A stretch of 64,000 bases of DNA, taken from Scenedesmus sp. PABB004 (Eukaryota). How positions within the stretch are numbered: the first letter of the stretch is position 1; each line of letters begins with the position of its first letter. Shown in pieces: positions 10,901 through 22,900 of this stretch. Below the pieces are notes generated by a model that did no database searches, had not been told where the DNA came from, and saw only the letters and a program-made list of their open reading frames with translations. A program made the translations under genes and the position numbers. The stretch lies in the NCBI GenBank assembly GCA_014905635.1, contig JABVCE010000025.1, positions 124,001 through 188,000 of the forward strand. The letters run 5' to 3'.

Positions 10901-13900
10901 CGGCCTGCTTGCGCGCGAGGTTGTCCTGCGCGGCCCGCAGCCGCGCGCGCTTGGGCCCGACGTCCTTCGCGACGCGGCCGTAGACCTCCATTGCCCGCAC
11001 CCACATGCACAGCCCCCGCGCCGCGAGCGAGACCTTGCCCACGGCGTCGGGCGAGAACTCGGGCGCCGCCGTGAGCTTGGCCAGCTTCTTGAGCAGGGCC
11101 TCGTCAAGGCCGTCCTTGTCGAAGTTGAGCAGGCGCGACATGAAGCTCGCGTCCCCGAGCGCCTTCTTGGCCTCCTCCCACGACGGCGGGCGCTTGAGCA
11201 CCGTCATCACGCCCGACAGCGTCAGCTCCACCAGCGCGGGCGGCTTGGAGTAGGCCTGCGCGGAGGCGGTGGCACGGCGGGGGAGCCGTCGGTGCGGGCA
11301 GCAGCTGGCAGCGCAGCCCGCCACACGCAGGGCTTGGAGCTGAGCACTCAGCACTCCGGCCACCTCAGGCCAAAACTCGGCCAAAACTCAGGCCAACTCA
11401 GTCCCCTCAGCGCACCTTGAGCTCGCTGATGTCCTTCTTGGTGAGCACGTTGAGCGCCGCCTCGGCCTCCTCCAGCGCGGGCAGCGCCTTGTCGAGCTCC
11501 GCCGAGACCTGCTGCGCGATCGCGTTGGCCTCCTCCGTCTCCTTGGCAATCTTGGTGGCCTCCGCGTTGACCTGGGCGGGCGCGCAGCGGGCGGCGAGGG
11601 GACGGCGTGTCCGCGCGTGCCGTGCGACGCGCCGGGCGGCGGGCGCGCGGGGCCCCCGCCGCCGCCGGCCTGCCGGGCCCCCGTCGCGCCTGCTTCTCCT
11701 GCTCGTCCGCGACGCGCTTGTCCTGCACGATCTCCACCAGCAGCTCCTCGCAGTCGGCCTTCGCCTGCGTCACCACGACCTGCTTGCCCTGCACCACCAC
11801 CTTCATCTCAGTCACCTGCGCGCGCGTCTCGTCGAGCTTGGCCAGCCCGCCGGTGAGCTTGCCGGACTTGGCCAGCAGCTTCGCGCGCTTCTCCGCCAGC
11901 AGCGCCCTGCGCGGCGGGGACCGCGGCCGCTGTGTCTTCGCGCGCGCGCACGTGCGCGGCGGGCCGCGGCGCGCGCCGCCCTGGCCTCTCTCTGTGGCAT
12001 CGCCGCCCCCGCCCGCCGCGCCTGTAGTTGCGCACGGTCTCCAGGTAGTTGGTGGGCGTGACGTAGTTGCGCCGCCGCAGGCTCGCCCACAGCGCGCGCG
12101 ATGTGCTCTCCACGCTCTGGTGCGCCGTCACAAACATCTGCGTGCGCCGAGCGCGCATGTGAAGAGGGGGCGGAGCTCCGCGCAAGCCCCCGAGGAGCGC
12201 CAGCCCCGCGGGCGCGTAGCCCCGCCCGCACCTTGGCGACCGCTGCCTTGACCTCGTCGCTGCCGAGGCTCTCGCCGGCCATCTGGCGCGTCGCAACCTC
12301 GCACAGCGCGTCGGCGGGCCACTCGCAGAACCAGTCGATCGTCGTCGCGTTGACGAGCCCCGGGAACATGCGCACGCGCTCGCGGAAGGCCTCGCCGACG
12401 GGGCTCAGGCAGAGCACGACGTGCAGGTTGGCCCTGCGCACGCGCGCGCGCGCGCACGGCGGTCAGCGGCAGCGCGGCCCGCGTGCGCCGCGCGCCGCGC
12501 GCCCCGCCTCGCAACCACCCACGCCGCCGCGGCGCACCGCACGCGCTCCAGGAGGAAGGCGGCGAGGTCGTCGGGCGTCTCGCCGGCGCCCGCGGCCTTG
12601 GCGGCGGGGCGCAGCTCGTCGAGCAGCGCGGGCAGCTCGTCGCGGGGGATGAGGTTGGGCACCTCGCCGCTGGTGAGCAGGTTGTTCACGTCCTCCAGGA
12701 ACGCCTCGCACTTGATCTGTGGCGGGGGCAGCGATCGGACGCCAGCGCGCGGGCGCGCGCTGGTGATGCAGCGCGGCGGCCGGCGCGCGGCCGCCGCTGG
12801 CTGCGCGTGCGCGCGCGGCGGCGCGCCTGCGACTCGTCAAAGAGGAAGACGGTGGGCCTGCCCGCGACGCCGGCCTGGCGGACGAGCGCCTTGAGGTCCT
12901 CCCTGAACTCGGCGACCCGGTAGGTCTTGGTTATCTCGAGGCAGAACACGCGCAGCCCCGCGACGTACGCCGCGAGCCGCGCGAGCGACTTGCGCCCGCT
13001 GCCGCCGACGCCCACGAGCAGCGCGTGCCCGCGCGGCTGCGACAGGACGCGGTGGATGCGGCACACGTGGTGCAGCGCGTCCCTGCGGCCCCCAGGTGGC
13101 GGCGGCGGCGGCGGCGGCGGCGGGTCGGCCCTGGGCCCTGGGCCAGCGCAGCCGTCCTTCGCAGCACCCTCAGCGTGCTGGCGCCGCCCCGCCGTGCTGC
13201 CCTCCCTCCCCGCGCCGCACGACGCGCCTGAAGAGCACCAGGTCGAGCGGCGCCGCGCCCGGCTCGAGGCCGTAGTCCTCCAGCTTCTCCGCCAGCACGT
13301 CCTTCAGCGCGGCCATGTCGCGCACCGGCTCGTACGGCGGCGGGTCCATGCCCGGCCGCAGGAAGTTGACGTACGGCGGCACCTGCAGACGCACGCGGCC
13401 GCGCAACGCGGCGTTACGACGGGGGCCGCCTCGGGGCGCCACGCCGCGCGCACTGTGCGGCAGCACGGCGCCGCCCCGCGTGCACGCGCCTGCTCGCCAA
13501 ACTCCTCAAACAGCGCGGCGAGGCTGGTGCCAAACGTCGCGCCCAGGCGCTCGTCGAGCGCGCGGCGCAGCCACGCGACGTCGGCGGCGTCCCACATGCG
13601 GTCGCCGATGCAGCGCATCGCCTCGTGCACCCAGAGCTGCAGCAGGTCCTCCTTGTTATTGCAGAAGGCCTTGCTCACCTGCGATGCGAGCAACACGGCG
13701 GCGGCGGCAGGGCGGCGTCAAGGCCCTCTTCCGCCGCGCGGCCGCGCGCGCGGCCGCGTCCGGCTGCGCCGCCGCGGCGCGGCGCGCGCCTGCATGACGC
13801 CGAGCACGATCTTGGCGAGGTCGCGTGTATTGAAGAGGTAGTGGCTCTTGGCGGGCGTGGGCAGCAGCTCGCGCGACACGGCGCGGTACAGCTCCACGCT

Positions 13901-16900
13901 CGCGGCCACGAGCGGCTCGGCGAGCGGGCGCACGTCATCGTCAAAGTCGGACAGCCGCCCCGACAGCAGCGTGGCAAAGATGCGGCGCAGCGCGCCGTCG
14001 TTGGGCTGCGTCGCGTTGACGGTGCTGAAGACCGCGGCGATTCGGCCGCTGAACGCGCCGCGCCCGCCGCCGGGCGGCGCCATCGCGGCGAGGAGCTGCA
14101 TGTCGCGCACGTGCTTCACCTCGCACCGCGCGCGGTCGTACCTGGCGGGTCGCGGCGCGCGCGGCGGCGCAGTGTGCAGGGTTGAGGTGAGTCGGTGTGC
14201 GCGCGCGCGGGCCAAGGGAGGCGGCGGCTGTTGGTCCAGGGAGCAGCCAGCCGCGACAGCGCACCAAAAGCCGTTGTCGGCCCAGAGCCTGAGCAGCTCG
14301 AGCGGCGGCATGAAGCCGTACTGGGTCTTGGCGGGCATGTTGAGGTCGTCGATGAACGCGACCAGCCGCCGCCCGCCCGCGGGGACGTACACGCCCTTGG
14401 TGCGCTTCTCCAGCTTGCCCTCGAGCGTGTCCTGCGCGCGGCGCGCGGGGCAGGGCCGTTCGGCGCGCGCCGCGCGGCGCGCACCGCGCGCGCAGGGCGC
14501 GACCGAGGCTGCAGCCCGCACGGTCCGGCGCGCAGCGCCGCCCGCCGGCCCGCGCGCCTGCAGCGAGTTGGACGTGGTCTGCGCGCTGAAGTTGATGGTG
14601 CAGTGCGCGCGGTCGGGCGGCAGCGCCTCCAGCAGCGACGTCAGCGTCATGGTCTTGCCCACGCCGACGCCGCCGACGAGCAGCGCGTGCACGCCGGCGC
14701 GCACGAGCGCGCCGACCACAAACGTGTTGCGCGTGGTGTCGACGGTCGGCACCAGCAGGCGGTGCGGCTGGACGTCGGGGCGCGGCTTGAAGCTGCCCGA
14801 CAGCCGCGACTCCCAGCTCTGCCACGACCGGTTCTTGGCGTCCACGCAGTACTCGAACACGGTCTCGGCGCCCGGGTAGCGCGTGTCCATGTCCCTGCGC
14901 GCGGCGCGCGGGCGGCGGGCGGCAGCGCGGCGCAGCGTGGCGCAGCGTGGCGGGCCGGGCTGGGCGGGGGGACGGCGCGGCGGCAGCCAGCGCCGGCGCC
15001 CAGCACGCGCGTCGAGCGCGGGCTGCCGGCGCAGCACGCACGGCACGCGCCCCGCGCACCGCATGAAGGCGTCGAACCGCTTGCGCCCCTCCTCGTCGAG
15101 GCTGCCGCCGAGGCCCCATATGAGGGCGAAGAGGAACCACTGCTCCACGCTCGCCGCGAGCGCGTCGGGGCCGTCGTCGAGGTTGACGCCGTTGTCGCGC
15201 GTCGCGAGCGCGTCAAAGAGACGCGTGAACGTGCGCACGCAGCTCAGGCGGTCCGTCGGCACCAGCTCCCGGCAGTGCAGGCGCTTGTGCTCCAGCGCCG
15301 CGTCCATGTAGCGCTCGATGTGCCGCGCCAGCAGCGCGGCGACCTGCTGCTGCAGCGCGGCCGCGCCGGGCGCGTCGGCGCCGTCGGCGCCGGGCGCAGC
15401 CGCCTTGGCGGCCAGCCAGCTGTTGACAAAGGGCCGCCAGCCGAGGTCCTCGACATTGAGGTAGATCATGCCCGCGCGGCTGACTGTTGCGGGCGAAGCC
15501 TGGCTCAGGTCCTCGACCTCAAACAGCAGCGACACCTGCGCCGGCATCGCGATGCGCTCGCCTGCGGCGCGGCGCACGGGCGGCGGCGCGGTGCGGCGTC
15601 GAGCCGGCGGCGCGGCGCGGGGCTGGGCGGCGCGGTTGGGCGCGGCAGGGCCTGGCGCCGCGTGCGCACCCGAGAGCAGCGTGAGCAGCTTGTTGTCGTC
15701 GAGCGTGGTGTTCATGCTCTCAATCCACAGCGTGTCGACGGGGCCTGAGGCCGGCAGGCGCGGCGCGGCGCGGCGGGCGTGCGGGTTTGAGGCGGCGCCC
15801 GCGCGCGGCGCCACGGCGTGCCGCGTTCACGGTGGACGCAGGCCCCGGGCGCCGAGCCCCACCCCACGGCGGCGCACCGTCAAAGAGGATCCACTTTTGG
15901 TCGGGCGACTCGTCGCGGCACGCGGCGCGCATCGTGCGCGCGAGCACGCCGTCGCGCCACTCGTGCGTGGCCGCGTCGAAGCTGCCGTACAGCTCCTCGT
16001 TGCTCAGCGCGAGCGGGTTGATGGTGTGCACGCTCACGCGCTGAAAGCGGTCGTCGCCGGGGTGCGCCGCCGCGAGGCGGCCGAGCGTGCGCGCGAGGCA
16101 GCGCCACGCCGCGCTTTTGCCCGCGCCGGTGCGGCCGACGATCATGTTGCCGTGCCGCGCGACCTTGCAGTCGAAGATCTGCACCACCTTGGACACAAAC
16201 TCGGGCACCGCCTGCGCGGGAGGGGGGAGAGACAAGGCGTGAGCAAACACGAGCAGCTCGGCGGCGGGGCGTGGGCGCGGGCAGGCGGGCTGCCAGCGCG
16301 CGCGCCGCCGCGCCCCCGCCCGCTCGCCTGCAGGCCCGCGTCGGCGAGGTCGGCCTCGATCGCGGGACGCAGCGCGCCGCCGGCCTCGGGCGGCGGCTCG
16401 AGCCCGGGGAAGAGGTCGGCAAGGAGGGCCATGAAGAGCGGGACGTCCAGGAAGACGAGCTTGGGCCGGATGAGGCCAAGCATGGTCCGGTACAGCACGC
16501 CCTCCTCGCTGCCGTCGGGGTCGGCGCGCCGCAGCGCGCCCGCCGCGCGCGCGATCGGGATGATGAACGACCTGCATGGGAAGGGGGGGGGGGGGAGGGG
16601 CGGCGCCGGCAGCGTCGGCGGGGCCCAGGCGCGCCGCGCGCCTCCCTCCCTCCCAGCGCCGCGCCGCGCCGCGCCCGCGCGCCGCTGCGTCCGCGTCCGC
16701 CGCACCGCAGGCCGTAGTCGTAGTGGTCGCACTTGCTGAGCTGCTGCTGGCTCAGCGCCATGATCGACGTCATCTTGCGCGCGAGGCCGCGCGCGCCGGC
16801 AAAGCCCTCGCTGAACATCATGATCTCAGCGATGAGCGTGAAGTCGGGGGCCATCATGCTCACCGGGCGCAGCAGGGCCTTGAGGTTGTCGGGCAGCTCG

Positions 16901-19900
16901 CTGCGGCCTGCGCGCGGCACCGCACCGCGCGCGGCGGGCGGGCGGCGGCGGCAGCGCGTGGGCGGCGGCGCGGCGGTGCGCGCGGCGGCGCGGCGGCGGC
17001 GCGGCTGGCCGACAGGCGCACCCGCGTAGCCGGGGTTCATGGTCACAAAGATGCCGCAGCTGGGGTTGAGCCGCATCTCGCTGCCCAGGAACACGAAGCG
17101 GCTGCGCTCCTCCTTGATCGCCTGCGCGCCGGCGGCACGCGAGCGAGCACGGTCAGCCAGCACCGAGGCGCGCCGCGGCCGCCGCCGCGCTCCCGCGCGT
17201 CCGGCTGCAGCAGTGCGCGGCTGCGCACGCCCCGCCCCGCGCTGCGCGTCGCGGCCGCGGTCAGCGTGGTGTGGGGCCGCACCGTCATGACGGTCGCGAT
17301 CTGCGTGGCCACCACGCTGAGCACCTCCACCTCGATGCGGTTGAACTCGTCCAGGCACGCCCACGCGCCTGGCGGCGGCAGCGGGCACGGGTCGGCGCGC
17401 GCGGCGCAACGCAGAAGCCAGCGCACAGCGCGCACAGCGCGCTGAGCTGCACTGACGCGTGCCGCGCGGCCGACTGCACGCCGCGCACGCCGCGCACCCG
17501 ACTGCGCGAGCCCCGCAAACATGCGGCCGGTCATCTTGAAGTCCACGCCGTCGCTGCAGTTGAACACGATGACGTAGCGCGCGAGCGCCTTGCCAAAGTC
17601 CTTGACCGTCTCCGTCTTGCCCGTGCCCGCGGGGCCGAGCGGGTTGCCGCCGCGCCGCGTGAACATCGCGGCCCCGAGCGTCATGTAGCACCTGGCGGCG
17701 CGCGGCGCGGCGCGGCGAGGGCGTCGGGGCGGCGGGGGCGGGGCGGCGGCGCTGGCGGCCGGCCCAGACTGGGGCGGCGCGTCGGGGCGGGGCGGCGCGG
17801 CGCGCGCGCGGCGGCGCACCGGTCGGTGAGGGGCGTGATGACGAGGCGGCCGTTGTTGCCCTGGTACTCGTAGCCGTACCTGAACACGCTCAGCACCTGG
17901 CGGCCGGCAGGGCAGGGCCGCGGGGCGGGCAGCGCGCGCGACCGGGAGCCTGCTCAGCTGCCGGTCACGGCTGTAGACCCCCCGGCCGGCGGGGTCACGG
18001 CGTGCGCGCTGCGTGCCGCGTGCCGTGCCTGCTTGACGACGCAGTCGTCGGCCTCGCGGTCCCAGTAGAAGCGCAGCTGGCCCGCCCAGTCAAAGTCGGC
18101 CGCGCTCGCGGCACCGGCCTTGATGAGCTTGTCGATCACGTCCCGCGCGTGCACCTCCACGGTGATGAGCGCGACGACCTGTGCGGCACGCGAGCGCGGG
18201 AGCGCGCCGGCTCAGCAGCGGCGCCGGCGCCCCGCGCGGCCGCCCCCGCCCGCCCGCCCGCCCGCCGTGCTGGCAGACGCGCGGCGCGTGCCTTGTTGCG
18301 CTCGATCGTGCTCAGCTGGGCGCGCGTGATCGCGGTGAGCTTGGCCAGGTAGCCGACCCACTTCTTCTTGAGCAGCCGCAGCGCCTTGCGCGCGCCCTCG
18401 GGCTCGCCCAGCGCGCGCTCGACCTCGGCCGTCCAGAGGACCTGCCCCGCGGTGATGACCATCTGCCCCGGGTTGTCCTTGACCCACCTCTCCTTCTTGG
18501 CGCCTGCCCGGGCAGGCGCGGCGACGCGGGCGGCTCAGCGCGGCGGCGGCGACGCGCGCGGCGCGCGAGCCGTCAGAGCTGCGCGCGCGCGGGCGCCTTC
18601 CCGCCTCCCTGCCGCGCGGCGCACGCACCCTTGCTCTCCTCCAGCACGCGGAGCAGCTGGCGCTTGGTCGCCGCAAACATCGCCTCCTCCACGCGGTTCA
18701 GCCACTCCTCGGGCCGGCCCTCCGTCACGACCGGCGCCGGCAGCGGCAGGTACTCGCCGTCGGGGCTCCATATGCCCACGCTCTCGCACGTCCGCCGCCC
18801 GTCGACGCCCACGGGCAGCATCTCAAGGCGCTTCACGCCTGCGCGGCGGGTCGGCGCGCGGCGGGCGGCGGTGACCAGCCGGCGGCGGCGGCGGGGCTGC
18901 AGGGCTTGGGACGCCTGCGCGCGCGACCGGTCGACCGGTCGACCGCGGGCGCGCGCACCCTCGAAGCACTTCTTGAGGTGGGGCTGCACGTTCTGGGGGT
19001 CGCGCGCCTGGCCCAGGATCTCCAGCAGGTCGTCGCTGGACAAAAAGTAGAAGCTGCGCGCGTCGCCAAGGAGAGGCGGGCAGGGTCAGGCAGTCGCGCG
19101 GCCTCGCTGGGCAGGGCCAGGCCGGGCGGGGGTCGAGTGTCAGCGCGCGTGCGCGTGCGCGGGGGCGCACCGCGGGAACTGCTGGCGCTTTGACTCCAGG
19201 TAGTGGTCGAGGCTCTTCTGCACGCGTTCGAGCTTGGCGTCCATGTCCTGCGCGGCAGCCGGGCGGCGCGCGCGCGCGCGCGCGGTCAGCGCGCCGCGCC
19301 GCGCCGCCGCCGCTGACAGCGGAGCCCGCCCGCGGGGCCTCAGGCGCGGCGGGAGCGCCCCCGCGCGCCTGGAACGCTGCGAGCACGCCAGGCGCGGTCG
19401 TCGCGGCGGCGACGTTGCCGGTCGCGCCGAGGCGCGCCATGGCCGCGGTGAAGGCGCCGTGCACGGCCTCAAACATCGCGCTCTCGCGCGGCAGCTGCTT
19501 GCGGATGTCCTCGCTGCCGACAAAGATGTTCTCCAGGTACATCCAGCTGCGCTGCACCTGCGCGCCGAGAGCGGCGAGCGCAGCGAGCGCAGCGGCGAGC
19601 GACGGCGGCGCGTGAGCGGCCGGCCGGCGCGCGAGGGGATCGCCGCGGCGCGGGCTGCGCGGCGGCGCGCCCGCGGCGCAGCCGGAACGGCACGCGCGGC
19701 GCGACGTGACAGCGGACCGACCTGGAGGACCATCTCGACGGTCTCCGACACGAGCGCGAGCGTCGCCTCCCAGCGCGCGACGGCGGGGGCAAAGACCAGG
19801 AAGTGCGTGCTGCCCTTCATCGCGCCGAGGCTGACCGACGCGTCCTCGAGCGCAGCAAAGACGTCCTCCGCGCTGCGCAGCCGCAGCGCGCCCTTGTACT

Positions 19901-22900
19901 CGGCGAGGTCGAGGCTCAGGCCCGCCCACGTGCCCGCGATGCCGGCGAGGCTGGTCTCGATTGCCAGCTCCTTGGCCGCCGCCGCGGCGAGCTCGGCCAC
20001 AAACTCGGCGTGCTGGTCGAGGCGCAGCGAGACGACCGACTCGAGCGTAAACGCGGGCGACTCGGGGTCGAAGCTGCGGCGCGGGCGCGGGCGTGGCGCG
20101 GCACTCGGCGCGGCGTCGCAGCATGCAGCGCGCGCGCGAGCCGCGCGGCCGCAGGCCGCCCGCTGCGCTGCGCCGCGCCGCCGCCGCGCAGCGGCGGCGG
20201 CGCGCCTGGTGCCGACGCGGTCGATGAGCGTCGCCCAATGCCGCGGGCGCATGGCGGGGCTGCGCAGGTCGGTGATGAGCGGCATCGTGCGCTTGAACGC
20301 GTCCACCGTGTCGCGCAGCCACGCCCACACCGGCCAGGCCTTGACGTCGCGGCCGAGCTGCGCCACGAGCTTGTGCATGCGCGCGGCGGCCTCGTCCATC
20401 GCGTCCACCTGGCGGCGCGGCACGGCACGGGGCCTCAGCGCGGCGGTTCGCGCGGCGGCGCGGCGCGGGGCCTCAGCGCAAGGGCGCGCGCCTTGAGCTC
20501 CGAGAAGCGGCCGTCCTTCCAGCCGCCGTAGGTCGCCTCCCACTCCGCGACGAGGCCCCACGTGCGCTCGAGCAGCTCGAGCTCGCGCTCGATGGCCGCG
20601 AGCTCCTTGAAGGGCGGCGCGGCGACGGCAAAGATGTCCAGCCCCACCTTGATCTCGGCCGCCTGGGCAGCAGCGGGGCGGCGGGGGCGGGCCCGCAGCG
20701 CAGCGCCGGTCGGCGGCGGGAGGCCAGCGCGGCGTGGCGCACGCGTGGCCCCGCGCGCGCGTGCACACCTTGGCCCGCGCCGCCGCGACGGCTGCGCGCC
20801 ACTTGGCGGCAAAGGCGAGCGCGTCGCGGCTGGTCGTGCCCTCGGCCGCCGTCGGCGACGTGCGCGCAAACTCCTCCGCCATGGCCGCCACCTCGCGCAG
20901 GAACGCGTCCAGCATGCCGCGCACGCGCTCCCGGAACGCGTCCTTGGCGCGCTCCAGCCGCGCGCCCGCGTCGTCCAGCCCCGCCTGCGCCGTGCGCCAG
21001 CGGAGGGCGCCGTCGCGCGCACGCACCGCGCATGCCCGCGCCCGCCCGCCCAACCCGCGGATGCGCACACCGCCACGCCCGCCGCCGCACCTGGAAGCGC
21101 GCCCACTCGGCGTCGAGGCGGTCGAGCTGCTCCAGCTGCGCGTCGGGGACCTGGACCTCAAACTTTTCAAGCACGCGGTACTTGTCGCGCAGCGGGTCAA
21201 AGCGCGCCGCCGTCTTGGGCCGGCCGTCGACGAGGCGGCGGTGCAGCGCGACCGCCTCGGCCAGCTCGTCGAGCGACTGCGGCGCCTTGGACAGCGCCTC
21301 GAGGTTGGTCCTGCGCCATGCGGCGCGCAGGCGGCCCGCTGAGCTCGCGCCGTCGCAGGGGGAGGCGGAGAGCGGCGCGCGTGCCTGCAGGCCGCCCGCC
21401 CGCCCGGCTGCGCGCGCCGCGCGCGCCTGAAGTATTCGTGCAGCGCCCGCAGCTCGGCGGCGGCGAGGCTGTTGAGCAGGCCGGTGAGCTTGGCCTTCCA
21501 GAGCTCGCAGTGCGCGGTGAGCGTCTGCTTGAGCGGCCCACAGTCGATGAAGAGGAACTTGACGTTGGCGGTCGTCTCCTCGTGCTGGATCTCGTCCTGC
21601 GCGCGCGGCGTGGCGCGGCCGCGAGTGCAGGTCGGCCGGGGCAGCCCGCGGCGGCGCGCCGCGCGCGGGGACGAGAGCCCTGCAGCCCCGCAGCTCCCCC
21701 TTGCCCGCGCGCGCCCCGCGGCGCGGCGCCGCAGCGTGCCGCGCACCGCCCTGTTCATGTACTCGCCCACGTCTCCCTCGTACGAGCTCAGCGGCTTCGC
21801 CGCCTTCTCGTAGCGCCGCACGTACGCGTCCTTGTCGGCGTCCCACAGCTTCTTGTAGCTGCGCGGCGCGCGGCGGATGGCGCGCGGGCGACGGGGACGG
21901 CGCGGCGCGCGGTCGGCGGCCGCCACCCAGCACGACGAGCCGGCAGCAGGCCAGCGCACGCGCGCGCGCGCCCGCGCCGCACCGCTTCTCAAAGTGCTCC
22001 AGGCTGGCCTGCACCGGCTCGGCGACGCCGGTGATGCCGGTCGTGATGTTGACGATCGCGCGCAGCGTCGCGTCCTCGTCGCTGCTGATGACGTCGTAGT
22101 ACGACGGCGGCGGCGGCGGCGGCGCCGCGCCGCGCTCCTGCGCGGCGCGCGGCGCGTGACGTTGGCGGCAGGTTCAGGCGACAGCGCGCCAGGATCCAGC
22201 CCAGCCGAGGCCACGCCAGGCCAGGAGCGTGCGCCCGCACCTCGGGCTCGCGCAGCTGGCGCGGCGTGGCGGTGCGAACGAGGCGCGGCAGGATCTGCAC
22301 GACGTTCACGAGGTCGCGCGAGACCTTGTGGGTCATGTCGAAGAGCTGCTGGATCGTTGGCCGCAGCTCGACGTGCTGGTTGCGCTCCAGCACCATCGTC
22401 ACCCTGCGCGGTGGCGGGCGGTCAGTCGCGCGACGGCGGCCGGCCGCGCGCCCGCGCTGGGCCGGCGGTGCCCCCGCCGCAGGCCTCGCCTGAAGATGGG
22501 CAGCACCTCGGTCTTGCTGTCGCCGTTGAGCAGGCGGCTGAGCTCTTGCAGGCTGTGCTTGACCGTTGTCCGCAGCGCGTCCTCGGCCTGCCGGTCCACG
22601 CGCGCCGTGAAGCGCACCCACTCGCGCTGCACGTCCTCGCCGTCGGCCTCGAAGAACGCGTGCAGCTCGCCGAGCGTGCGCTGGATCTCGGCAAACGCCG
22701 CGACCAGGCGCGCCTTGGCCTGCGCGCGCGCGCGCGGCGGCGGCGGCGGCGGCGGCGCTCGCCGCCCGCGCTCGGCAGGGCTGGGAGCCCCACCCGCGGT
22801 GCCGCCGCGCACCATCGCGTGGTGCTCCGCCTGCACTGCCTCAAACTCGGTGTAGTCGTAGAGCTTCTTCTTCTCGACGTTCACCAGCAGCCCCTCCGCC

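Noticed and set aside
18924..18941. Perfect 18-bp palindrome CGACCGGTCGACCGGTCG in a dynein intron
   Set aside because: It arises from tandem duplication of a short palindromic unit; single occurrence, no evidence of function.
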